64,000 nt of DNA, from contig JAAOMT010000703.1 of NCBI GenBank assembly GCA_016748015.1, forward strand, positions 310,001-374,000. The letters run 5' to 3'. This stretch comes from Geosiphon pyriformis uo1 (lineage: Eukaryota > Fungi > Glomeromycota). Position 1 is the stretch's first letter. Every line of letters begins with the position of its first letter. The notes beneath the pieces are model-generated. The model searched no databases. It was not told the DNA's origin and was given only the letters and a program-made list of their open reading frames with translations. The position numbers and the translations under genes were made by a program. Shown piece after piece: positions 13,001 to 25,176 of the stretch.

Positions 13001-16000
13001 CGTTTTAGTCTTCCAAAGCATTCAAGGATGCATGGGTGGCAATAAAACCTAGTTGCCATTGAATATTCCTCATCGTTCCCACAGCATGCACCCATTGATG
13101 ACAATTTCTTGCCACAATCAATGCATATAAGCTTGGGTTGACAGTAGGTAGATTGTTGGAGTGTAGTGTAGGTGTTATAAGCGGTATTGGTTTGAGTGGT
13201 CTCTTTTTTTTTTCCCTTTCCTTTATTTTTGTTGTCTTCTTCTCATTCCCAACTTGAAGTCAGTTTGCTCTCGTCATTGTCGGTCCATGTCAGATCATCG
13301 GTTTCCCAGGTAAGTTCTTCCTTTTGTTTCCCTTTTTCCTTGTTGTTGTCATCTCAGAAGAGTATTGGCGGCAGCTCGTTGTGCTCTTCATCAGCCCATA
13401 ATACTTGGTAGGCTTCCCAGGTAGGTTTTTTTTTCTCCTCCTCCAGCTTGATCAATAGTTTCTCTCTTGGAGGAGTTTTGAATGGCCACATGTGGCTGGG
13501 ACATGTATGTGTTGGCCCTGATACATTAGCTGGAGTTCCTGGGTGTTCCAGTCTAACGTTGCATTGGCTTTGAATAGCCAGTCATTATCAACAAGAGCTT
13601 GGTATTGAGTGGCTTCTATTACTAGAACTTTAATGGGAGTCATGATGCCATTGACTTCAAACAGGAAATCATCGATTTTACTGATTGGAGTTTTGGTTGC
13701 TCCATCGGCTGTGATGATTCTGGCACTGGCAGCTCGATCAACTCGGTGACCTAATTGATTCATGAGTTGTCTAATGATTATACTGCCAGCTGATCCACTA
13801 TCTAGGATGAGTTTGATGGGGTGACCATCAACTCTGGCATCCGTGTACATGGCTGTTATGGGTTTCTCTTCGAGGGCGGCTCCACTGAATAATGGTATTG
13901 TTGTGTTTTCTTCAAGTTCGAAAGGAAAGATGACTGCTAGGGATTCATTGCTAAAGATGGTTGCCAGTGGAATGGTGTTGGTAGGTACGTGCTAATTGGA
14001 TTCTGTGTTGTTGGAGGTGGTGTTTTCTGAGATAACTAGGAGACTTAAATAATGTTGAGAATTTGGGTTTTGGATGCGACTGGTATCCAAATTCCGGGTG
14101 CGTGATCCTGATGGTGAGTTTAGTGAACTGGGGATTGGTTGGTGAACAACCATCGCTGATCTCTAGTTTTGAGTGACTCTGGATTGAGGGTTGTCTGATG
14201 TCATTTGAGCTGGGTTCTGGGTTGGTGTTTGAATTGGTTGGGGTTGATAGATAATTTGTGGCTGTGGTTGATATATTACTTGTGGCTGTGGCTGATGAAT
14301 TGGAGGTTGATATACTGGCAGGTGATAGATTGGTTGCTGGGTCATGGGCAGGTAATTATTTCGATATTGGTCTTGATTCTGATTTGGATAATGATTTGGA
14401 GTTTGGAACTGGCAATCGGGGTTTCGATATTGATTTTCTGATCATTGGTTATTTAGACGCTGGTGACAGTCAATTTGGATATGTTCTTGTTTCCCACAAT
14501 AGTGGCAGATACGCATTTCCTGTTGCCACTGTTAATTGGTTGATGAAGATAGACATGGTTGATTTTGGCCATGATTAGAGTTTCCTTGATTATTGTGTCA
14601 TTGTGGAGGCTGATAAATGGTGTGATTGTCAGCTAAGTATTCTTCCAATCTCTTATTAATTGATTCACTGAACTTCTCCAATTTGGAATCCAATTCAGAT
14701 GATCCGTTCATAACTAGATTAACGGCTTGGGCATAGTTAGCCTCTGACTCGGTGGACTCAAAATCTCTGGCGCATGTGACTGCGTCTTGAAGCGTGCCAG
14801 AATGCAATAGACATACATGTTACAAGATGCTGCTGCGCAGGCCACAGATAAACTGATTGAGTATCTGTGGTGCTGTGAAATAATTGGCGTCAATTGCTTG
14901 AATTTGGCATAGGTTTCGATGGAAGTGTCCCAGGTAAGTGGTGACTGCTTCAGTTTCTTCTTGTTTTATGGTGGTAAATGCATTAACTAGGCGATTGATG
15001 CTATTATTGTTGCTGAAGTATCTCAGAAATTCTGCTTTGAAGGCATTAAAATCTTGTGGTTTATTAATCAAGCTCTGGTACCATGAATTGGCAGTATCTT
15101 TGAGAAAGTAAGGAATGGTTTGCATTGCTCGTGCGTCATTCTATCTATTGGCTGCGATGGCTTTTTCTACATCATTCAGCCATATTTGAGCGTCATCCTC
15201 TTCGCCAGTAAAGTTGTTGAGTTTTGCGATTGGTGTGTAGGCCATTAGATCTAAGTTAGGTAGTTGTGGTGGCTGTTGAAGCAGTTGTTGTTGTCCTGGC
15301 TGTTGGGATGGTAGCTGAAGTGGCTGTTGTATGAATTCGGCTATAGGATTAATCAGTGGTTGATTGATGATGATTACTGAAAATAAGTTTTGCTAATTGA
15401 TTAATTCGGGTTCTTGATTTCTTTGATTTGGTGGCGTTTGAATATTTGGAGTTTCAATTTCCGGATTTTCTAACTGTTGCTGAGTTTGAAAGTTCGGGGT
15501 TTCAACTTCCGGGTTTTCAGTGATCGGGTGCTGGTAAGTGAATTCTTGATCCTCTGATTCTTCTTCCTCCTTTTCTGATTCTGCTGTTTCCCACAGATCA
15601 GAGATTCAGAAATCTGGTAAAGGCGGTAGTGATCAAAGTCCTAATGGGGTTGATGATCGCGAATTAAATCCCTCAAAGTACTTGCCGTATGGTTCTAACA
15701 ATTCTGTTTTCCTTTGTCTATTTTGGAATGGAAATCGTCCAAATGCTGATGTCGTAGTTGATGTAAACGCGTCTGTTGATGATATGTTGATGGCACTTCC
15801 AGGTGTATAGTGGTAGGATGGGTTGCTTGGAGATTCAACTCTGTTTTTTTTCCAAGCAGATGGCTGTATCTTTCTGGGTGTTACTGCTGGTGTTTGTAAT
15901 TTTCTCTTGCTTTTACTAGTGTATGTAGTTGGATATCTTTGTTGAGTGTGATGTTCAATTTCTTTGTTGATCTCAGTGATAATGGATGCAAAATTATGAT

Positions 16001-16229
16001 TTGTTGGCAGGTTGGTATTTTGAATTAATTCCCTATAGAAAGTTTCTCTTGCTGATTCAGTATTCACTGGTGTTCCTAATAAAGAAGAAATCTTTTCATT
16101 AACATAGAAATTGAAGGCTGATTCGGCAGATATATGATTGTGGTTTAATCTCAAGTATTGACAATAGTGTTGAAATAAGGATTTTGTGAATCCTAAATGG
16201 TTTGCTCCTATAGTTTCTGATTCTGCCAC
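10012..16229 (-). pseudogene. ORF1/polyprotein of A: unknown N-domain, gag capsid, CCHC knuckle, aspartic protease, Cys-rich region, dUTPase, RT, RNase H
   Basis: CHYCGKQEHIQIDC knuckle (~14465-14515), LILDSGS protease, YLDD at 10804-10815, TDASG...YTDH...ADSLSR RNase H. Broken by transition stops and one 1-bp deletion near 13481. Confidence 0.93.
11845..12237 (-). CDS. dut: dUTPase domain within the A polyprotein (between PR and RT)
   Basis: All five motifs: AGF(D/N)L, (R/K)SS, GIID.(G/E)YVG, IAQ, RGIQGFGSTG. Also in B (~29060-29456), C (~50419-50812) and O. Confidence 0.92.
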
Positions 16230-16272
16230 TTTTGGTTTGGTGTTGTCAGTGCTGGTTCTCTGTAGGATTATA

Positions 16273-16289
16273 CCTCACAGGGAGCACCA
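16273..16289 (-). promoter_or_regulatory. Primer binding site TGGTGCTCCCTGTGAGG
   Basis: 2 nt downstream of the 5' LTR; complementary to a tRNA 3' end CCUCACAGGGAGCACCA. Near-identical in B, C, D, E2 and G, identical in F (59642-59658). Confidence 0.92.
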
Positions 16290-16291
16290 AA

Positions 16292-17178
16292 TGTTACAGG
16301 TGATTATTTCTGCGGTTAAATTAAATAACAAACCTGTAACTTGGTGCTCAAAAACTATTTCTGTTGATGATATTCTGTAAGTGTTGTATCTGAAGGTTTT
16401 GATGGGTCTGAAGGTTTTGGTTGAGTTCTTTGTATAATGGACAGAAATTTAATAGTATCAATAATAGATGTATCTTTCCAAGAGTTTTCTCAATTTTTTT
16501 CTCAGTGTAGTGGCCGGATTTAGTCTGGCAGTTGTGCCCTTCTGGTAAGCTATCCGATAATATATAAAATTCTACTCTTATTTCTGGGTCTTTTACCAGG
16601 CTATCCTTGATGTTAATAACTCAGTGCTTAATCCTTTTAATCAGTTAGTATACAACAACAAATCAACATAAAATAAAATAAAAAAAATAAAAGAAAAATA
16701 AAAAAAGCAAGAAATAAGCCAAGACGATTTTGCAGATTAGTATTCTGTCAATAGCCATGATCAAGAGCTATTGTTCTAGCATGGTTAAGTATCAATTACT
16801 ATCAACATGAAGTATTGATAGTGGAGAGTGGATTGAGATATGGAATAATTATTTATTTGATGATTGTGTTTTCTAGGCTAAGGATTCTGTGGTATCAATT
16901 CTGTCTTTTCTGTTTCTAACACTACTGCTATATATACATAATTGAGATTCCTCAATTCCTCGATTCTTCACAACAGGAATCCTGGAATTTCTGGAATCCT
17001 ACGATTCTTTTGAGAGGAATCCTGGAATCCTGAAATCCTGCAATTCCTTGTCAGGAATCCTGAAATTCCTGGAATCCTGCAATTCCTGAGAGGAATCCTG
17101 GAATTCCATATTTACTATGCTTACTTCTGATTGGCTAATAATTATGCTAATATATTTTCTATATTTCTATGAGTAACA
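16292..17178 (-). repeat. 5' LTR of A
   Basis: 887 bp, TG...CA ends, followed by TSD CCAT. Confidence 0.97.
16929..17136 (-). promoter_or_regulatory. LTR U3 promoter: CCAAT box (AGCCAATCAG 17127-17136), 8-9 bp GGAAT(T)CCT tandem array, TATA box (16929-16936)
   Basis: Same order and spacing in the A, B, C, D, G and solo LTRs. Function is inferred. Confidence 0.65.
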
Positions 17179-20100
17179 CCATAAAAGTCTTTTATAAACA
17201 ACATTCATAAGTTTTTGAAATATTGCTGGTGCATTACAAAGTTCAAAAAGCATTATTTTAAACTTATAATTTTCTTTTTGAATAATAAATGCTGTTTTGG
17301 AATGGTCTTTGAGATCTATTTTAATTTGTCAGTATTTGCTTTCTAAGTCTAAAGTTGAAAAAAACTTGGCTTTTTTCAGAGCATTTAGCATGTTGTAGTG
17401 GGTAGGTATTTCTAATTGTGATATTATTCAGTTGTTAGTAGTTTACACAAAATTGGATTTTGCCATTTTTTTTTCATAAAGACCACTGATAAGGCCCAAA
17501 AACTTTTTGATAATTGGATAAAATGATTATTAAGCATTTATTTAACTTTTTTTCTAATAAATTGGTGGCTAGCAAGTAGAACTTGGTAGACTTATTAACA
17601 TTTTGGTGAAAAATTCTCTGTATAGATCTAATGCTGTATAATATTAGTTTTTTCAAAATTTTTATTATTTTTGGTAAATATATTGGCATATTTAATAATT
17701 AACTGTTTTAATTGTCTTTGTTGTTGGGATTTTAAGAGACCTATGTTGATTTAAGAGAGTTTTTTTTTTAAAACATGGTAGTTTTTAGTAGTGAAAGTAA
17801 TGTTTAAGTTTGAAAATAGGATATGTCTTGCAATTCCAATAAAATTAATAACAATCTGAAGAATTTCATTTTGAAAGATATTGCTATATATGATTTTAAT
17901 TTCTAATTTATTTAATAAAATAATGAAATAGTTGTTGGAGTTGTAGAATGTAACTTAAAATTTTTTTATTCTTTTTGGAACATAAACATTTAAAATTAAA
18001 ATTTTATGTTTTAAACAGATTTGTTTATTTAACTCAAAGATTTTTTGGGTGGTAATAGGCTTTGAACAAGTGTAGATTTCATGATGTTTTCCAAAAAGTG
18101 AAATGATAATTGGTTGAGGAAGTTAAAGAATCTGGTAAAATTTATTCTGTATATTGAAAGCTATATTTATTGAAACTGTAAATTGTTTTGTCAAACCAAA
18201 ATTTTGGGTTTTTCTTTTATTTTTTCTTAATTGTTCTCTGTTGTTGACTGATTGTAAATCTGAAATGTTGATTAAAAACAGGTAAATTGTTTGAGCAATT
18301 TTTTCAGCATGTTTAATTTTGAATGTTTTGTTAATTTTGTTTTGTAACAGAATTATAATGTCTTTAGTATATTTTGTATTTATGATTTTTTCTCTAACAT
18401 TAATTTTTTTGTTTGCCAATAATAATTGAAAAACAATTTGAACTATTGCTCCTAACAGAATTTCAAGAACAATTTTTAAGTTGATTTTTGTTAAAAATTT
18501 TGGTTGAAAAGCCAAAGTGTTTTTCTTTAAGTATTATAAATTATATCTGATATTTATTTTATAAGCTTTCTTTGGTTTTATTCTTTGTTCATTGTTGTTA
18601 AAATATTGGAGTTATATAACTGGCTGATTTTTAGTAAAATAGATTGGGATTATTGCAATTTTTTTTTTGGTTCAGATTTTCCAAATTTGATTTTATTTTC
18701 ATTAAACAAGAAAATGTTAATTACATAACATTTTGGACACCATTGGTCATCACAAAACATAGTACATTTTTTATATAGTTGAATGTCTATTTGCTTTAAT
18801 TATTAAATTTAAGCTTTTTTAATTGAGTAAACATAACTTGTAATTTGATAATAGGCTTCTACTTTATCTTTATAATCAAATTCAGCTAATTTTATTGTAT
18901 ATTTAATGTATTCTGCTTCTTTCATTTAATATACATCTTCTTGGATTTCTCTATTAATTAAAATTATGACCAATTTATAGATTATTTTAATATCATGTAA
19001 GTAATAATAGAGTTTATTGAGAACATTGTTATATGCTGCATCAAAAAAGATTTTTCTTTTCATTTTCTCTCTAATTGAAAGTACATATTAACAGATTTGA
19101 TTACAAACTTCTTCTCTTATTACAATATCAATCTAGTTATATTCTTTTGGTAGCATTTTTTTATATGTAAGACAAGAAATATTGTTTTATTTTTTACTTT
19201 ATTTAAGGTATTTGAATTATTCTTAATGACATGCTTTGCAAAAATAGCAGATATGTGTTTTATATTTTTCTTTTGGGAATATGTATACTTCTATTAACAA
19301 AAGCTTCTTGTTGTAGTTTCTATATTTAAGTGGAATATAAGATAGTTGTTTTTGTGATTTTGATATAGAATATTAAACAACATTTTATTCTTTGGTTCTT
19401 CAAAGATTTTTTGTTCTGTTTTTTTAACCTAAAAGCCATATATGTTTTAGTAATTGGCATTTTTTTTTCCTCTTTAAATTTAAACACCAGAGCTTTTTTG
19501 AATTGTTTGTTAAATATATTACATATAGCAAATACTTAGATATATTGTTCTTGATATAAAATTTTTAATTCTTGTGTTTTTTAGTTTAAGTTTGTATTGA
19601 ATTTAAAGAGCCAATTATTTTCGACAAGAGCTAGTATTGGGATGTATTCATAACAAAAACTTTAATTGAAATAGTGATTCTGTCAATTGTAAAAAAAAAA
19701 TTGTCAATTTTTTTTACTGAAATTTTTTTCATATTATTTACAATGACAATAATTGTTTAAACAGATCTGTCAACAGTTCATTGAAGCTGTTGTATTAATT
19801 AATAAATAATGATGTTTTTGGTAAATCTATTGTTTAAGATTAATTGAATTGGTTTTTTTTAATTTCAGCTTCTATATATATTGCTGTAATTGCTTTTTGC
19901 TTATTAACTGCTGTATTATTAAGTAGAGAGAGTAATTTATTGGCTTCAAATTTAAATGAAAATATATTTGAAAGGTTGGCATTTTGGGCAATTCTGGCTG
20001 GTGAAATTGTATTACTAGAAGGGTTTTGTCTTGATACTACAGCTTTACTTTTAAAAAATGCAATTTGTTGAAAATCCGATTTTTCTGACATTGTGAAGTA

Positions 20101-21959
20101 ACTGGGTTGAGTATAATAATAAATAGATTTTTGTTGAGCTAGATTTTGGGGAATTAATTAGTTGTTAGAATTAAATCAATTATTGTTTAAAAACCGATTT
20201 TGTGGTGTAAATTGGTTTTATTGAATCAATCCTTGAGTTGATATTTGGTATTGTTGTGTAGATAGTAATTGATATTGTTAAACCTGTGGAGATTGCTAAT
20301 ATTACTGTGTTATTGGTTGTAGAGCAGATTAATAATAGTTGTTTTAGTGTTGAAGTCTTGGTAAATAATAAGCTGGTAGTGGTAATTGGTAATGCAATTG
20401 CTGAGATTAAAAATAATGTTGATTATTTTTTTGTTGTTGGTATTATTGCATTTTTCAGCAATCTTATTTCCAATGTTTAGAAATTTCACAATAGTGATAG
20501 CTTTAAGATTGGTTGTTTGGTAATAATGTGTAATTATTTTGATTATATTATTAAGATGGTTAATATCTTTGTTGTTGCTATTGTTGTTGGTTGGTAAAGT
20601 AATTCTCAACTTTTTTGGTCAATTGATCAATCTTTTTTTCAGCTGTTAAGCTGGTTTCTTTAATTGCAAAATTTATGAGTTTGGTACAGTTAGCTTTTTT
20701 TATTGCTATTTTATAGGTTTTAGCATGTTGAATAACAGCAGCTAAATTTTTTGGAGCATATGGTTAAACTTTTTTAATGCATTTGTTTTTTAATTCTGCT
20801 ATAAACTAATCCAATATTTAAATATTGGAGTAGTAATTATTGGTTTTTAATTGTCAAATTTGTTGGAAAAGTTTGTTGAATCTCCCAATATAAGTTATAG
20901 TAGTTTCAGATGATTTTTGTTGATATTGTAAAAGTAATTTCAGAGAGTAATAAAAATGTTATTGTTAGTAAATTGTTCCAGAAAAGCATTTTTGAATGCT
21001 TACTAGTTTTTAAAAGATTTGGCCAAGTTTTCAAACCATTTTTTTGCTGTTTTTTGAAGAAAATATAAAATTGTTTTAATATTTTTGTTGTATTCTATCC
21101 ATTCATATTTTCTGTTTTCTGGACTTTGTTGAATCACTCTTGTAAACTAGTGTCAATATTTTTTCTTATGGATTCAGTAATTTTTGCAATATAAGTGGTT
21201 GTCATGTTTTCTGTATCTTTGTTTTTAGTGGGTTTTTTTTCTGTAAATTCAGAAATGTCTTCATTGTTATCAGAGTAATTACTTTGGTTTTCTGCTAGGA
21301 AATCAAAAAGATTGGTACTAATAAAAATTTGTTTAGGCTGTTGTGTTGGGCTTTTTGGTAATATAAAATCTTTTGGTTTTTAGAAACAATTGAGTAGTAA
21401 ATTTGGTGTTTGAACTTGAGCAAGTAAAGCTAAAAAAAGTGTGATTGAAAATGATAATTTAGAACTAGTTTTTTGTTTTGGTGTCTGCAGATATTAAAAG
21501 ATTGTTTTTGATGTATTAAGTATTGTGTGAATTGGTTGTATATTCTTCTGTTTGTTTTTACTGCTTGTTTTGGGTTCAAACTCAAGTTCAAGAATAAATT
21601 ATGAATTAGTAGAATACTTTTTTTTACAAAACATGATAATATTATAATCAAATTCTTTAAAATAAGTAGTATAACTCTTAACACTAATGTTTTTGGATCT
21701 CTATTTGAGTAGTAAATAATATTTTCAAAAAGATTTTGCTTGACTTCTGTAATATTGTAGCCTCTAAAAAAGTATTTATTGATTTGATTTTTGATATATT
21801 GGAAAAGTGTTTTCTTAAAAACTGTAATTTCATCTCAAATTTTAAATTATTGTTTGTAATAAGTATAAATTAACTAATAGTACTCTAGAGTTGTTATATT
21901 TAATATGATCATCACTTTGAAGTTATTATTGCTGTTTATTTTTGTGGAAAAACACCAAA

Positions 21960-22942
21960 TATTATCAGAAATTTTTGATCTTTTTTCTAAAATATTGTTA
22001 ATGTCTGTTTACTGTGAGTTTATATATATTAAAAGTTATTAAATCTCCAATAACTGAATTTATCTTCAAATTATTTCTTATAATTTAAACTGCTGAGCTT
22101 ATAAATGAAATAATCAATTCTGTACCAGTTATTATATGTAGTTACTTTGTAGTAAAAGTTAGCTCTTTTTCAGAAATTGCTTGTCTAAAAACTTACTAAA
22201 GATGTGTAGTTACTTTGCTTCAAAAGTTAACTCTTTTACAGGAATCTTGTCTGTAAACTATTTAATAAAAAAAGTAAAAAAAATAAAAAAAATACAAAAA
22301 AAATAAAAGAAATACAAAAAAAATAAAATTTTGTTAAGAAAATTGTTTTCTGGTCTAGATCTAAAATCATTAATAAATTACTAAAATTAGTAGCTAATCA
22401 ATTTCAAAAATTAGTTGGATTTTAGAAGTTTTCAAGTATAAATAATTAAAGAATTTGGTTTTTAAGTATTTGATGTTTTTATTACTTTTTTGTAAAGCTA
22501 ATTAATTCGAATTAAAATAATTCTAAGTAAAATAAGATATATTTTCTTAAAGAAAGAAGCTTTTTTTTATACAACTTATTGTAATTTTAATTTATGAATT
22601 TAAACTTTCTTCTTTGCTATAATTTTAACAAACTAAAAATACATTTTGACAAACTATATATTATTTTAATAAACTATTAACTATTTCAGTAACTTATTCA
22701 TTATTTTTACAAATTTTTACAAATTTTAGTAACTTCTTAAATATTATATAGTTCGAAATATTATGTAATTTAATCATTTTAATTTCTGTTGTATAAATTG
22801 GATTGTTAATTAAATAGTAATATTTGATAATTTGATTAACTAATAAGTGATAATTTGAAATGATATTAATATGTACTAATTAATAATAGAAATTATAAAG
22901 ATAATTCTATGCTAAATAATAACTAAAATTTTATTGGTAATA
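21960..22942 (-). repeat. 5' LTR of O
   Basis: Colinear with 2932-3885; adjacent to the PBS remnant ACACCAAA. Confidence 0.85.
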
Positions 22943-23333
22943 CTATTTAACAAAAAACTGTTATTTAATATTAGTATAAAGTTTAGTGTATATTTTATTT
23001 TAAAAAAAATACACATTCTAAAGATTTATTTATTATGTGAAAGTTGGAAAATAAAACTGTTTAAATAAATTAATAACTTATAATTCTTTTATTTTATTAG
23101 TATTGTTATCTAAAAATTTTTTCTTTGTGAAATAATAAAATTTTTTTCTTAAATCCAATACAATATAAAGCATTACAGTTGTATTTGTTTTAAAATAATA
23201 TTCAACCAACTTTTCTCTTACTGCTCTAATCATTACAACAAGTAATAAATCTAATATTAAAGATGTTAAATAAATAACTAAATAAATACAATTGAGATTA
23301 TAATGCTTTATCAGATTTATTATTATTAACTGT

Positions 23334-24172
23334 TGTTACAAGTGATTATTTGGAGTGTTAATACAAATAACAAACTTATAACTTGGTGCTTAATAGCTGA
23401 TTGCTATTGGTAATCTGAAAATTTTTGTATCTAAAAGTTTTGGTTAAGTCTTTTATATAATGAACAGAAATTCAATAATTGTTTTAGTAGTCTTTCAGAA
23501 TGAGTATTCTATCAAATTTTTTTTTTAGCATAGTGGCTGGTTTATTCTGGCAGTTGTGCTTTTCTAGTAAGCTATCCATTAATTTATAAATTCTATACTC
23601 TTATTTTTGAGTTTTTTATCAAGTTATTCTTGATGCTAATTAATCAGCACTTAATTCCTTAAATTAGTTAGTAAATAACAAACAATAAAAAAATAAATAA
23701 ATAAGAATTAATATTTCATTAATAGTCATAATCAAGAGCTATTAGTCTAAAGTAGTTAAGTATTAGATTTTATTAACATGAAGTATTAATAATGATAAAA
23801 GTAATTAATATTCTTAATCAAGTGATAATAACATGAATTCGATGATGATAGATAATTTTATTAATAGAAGAATAATTTCACTTTAAATTATAAAAAACTA
23901 TCTTTTGAAAAAAGAGTATTGTTCTAAATTAATATAAACTCTATTGAATTTTTCAGGAATTGCTTTTTCTGCTTTTAATACTCTTACTATATATATAATT
24001 TATATTATATGAAATTTCTGGAATTTTGTAATTCTTTTAGAGGAATTCTGAAATTCTGGAATTCTAGAATCCTGTAATTTTTTTAAAGAAATCCTGGAAT
24101 TTTTCTATTACTATGCCTACTTCTAATTGGCTATTTTTCTAACTATAATACTTCTAATTTCTATAATTAATA
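23334..24172 (-). mobile_element. Solo LTR of the A-type family
   Basis: TGTTACA...TAATA, homologous to the A LTR, flanked by TSD CTGT on both sides, no PBS or PPT. Confidence 0.9.
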
Positions 24173-25176
24173 CTGTATATTTGATGTAATTAAGAATAAA
24201 ATTAAAGAAAGAAATAATAAAAAAGACAGTATTATTTAAACTGATTGACATTTTGATCATAATATTTTTAAATAATTCAAAGAATTTAGCAATTTTATTA
24301 AAGACAGCCCATTGTTACAGATGATTATTTGGGGTTTTAAAGCAAATAACAAATCCGTAACTTGGTGCTCAATTGATAGATAGATGTTAATATCTGAAAG
24401 TTTGATTGTTCTGAAGGTTTTGGTGTTGAGTTCTTTGTATAATGGACAGAGATTTAATAGTTGTTTTTAGTAGTCTCTCAGAATCGCAATTCTGTCAAAT
24501 TTTTTTCTCAGCATGGTGACTGGTAATCCTCCTGGTAAGCTATCCTCAAATTTATGAGTGTTTTACCTTTGTTTTATAGGTCTTTTACCAGTCTTTATGA
24601 TGTCTGTAACTCAGTGGTTTAATTCTTAATCAATTAGTTAACCAAAAAAGAAATACAAAAGAAATAAAAAAATTTAAACAAAAGCAATTACAAGTTAGTA
24701 TTCCGTTAATAGCCATAATCAAGAGCTATTGTTTTAGTATAGTTAAGTATCAATTACTATCAACATGAAGTGTTAATAGTGGAGAGTGGATTGAAATAGT
24801 GAATAATTATTTATTAATATTTGTGAAATAGAAGATTGCTTAGATCAGATCTAAACTGGAAGGTTTTTAACTAAAGAATTCTGTCTTTTTTACTTCTAGC
24901 ACTACTACTATATATACATAATTAAGATTTCTTAATTCCTTAATTCTTCACACCAGGAACCCTGGAATTCCTGGAATCCTGCAATTTTTTTTGAGAGAAA
25001 TTCTGGAATTCTGAAATCTTGCAATTCCTTGTATAAGAATCCTAAAATTTCTGGAATCCTGCAATTCCTCTTGAGAAGAATCTTGGAATTCCATATTTAC
25101 TACAACTATTTCTAATTGGCTAATTTATATGCTAATATACTTTTTATATTTTATGAGTAATATTATTCTCTCCTTT

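Larger units (their letters stand above)
6998..17178 (-). mobile_element. Element A: full-length Ty3/Gypsy LTR retrotransposon (10,181 bp)
   Basis: TGTTAC...GTAACA LTRs 6998-7867 and 16292-17178. Perfect TSD CCAT. PBS and PPT present. Domain order gag-PR-dUTPase-RT-RH-IN. O RT resumes across the insertion (..KRLLW|QLIVVYLNN). Confidence 0.97.
2932..22942 (-). mobile_element. Element O: old full-length dUTPase-bearing Ty3/Gypsy, interrupted in RT by A
   Basis: LTR pair 2932-3885 and 21960-22942. TSD CCAT/CTAT. PPT remnant 3886-3898; PBS remnant ~21941-21957. Decayed IN (~4950-6125), RH/RT (~6170-6997 plus 17183-17650), dUTPase (KIAQTIYL..RKTQNFGLT in ORF 18123-18515), PR (~19580-19900) and gag. 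Confidence 0.85.

Noticed and set aside
13200-13500. Programmed -1 frameshift after protease in A-type elements (A, B and C all change frame in this linker)
   Set aside because: The missing base is at a different position in each copy (A ~13481, B ~30640, C ~51797), always in a homopolymer, and no shared slippery site or structure is present. Independent 1-bp deletions or sequencing errors are more likely, though the coincidence merits a consensus check.
12104-14578. Antisense ORFs over gag/pol (also 26060-26596, 51246-53514 and LTR-spanning ORFs such as 16186-16380)
   Set aside because: Shadow frames of coding or low-complexity sequence; starts and stops are not conserved between copies.
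16273-16289. tRNA gene
   Set aside because: Only the complement of a tRNA 3' end next to an LTR (a PBS); no cloverleaf.
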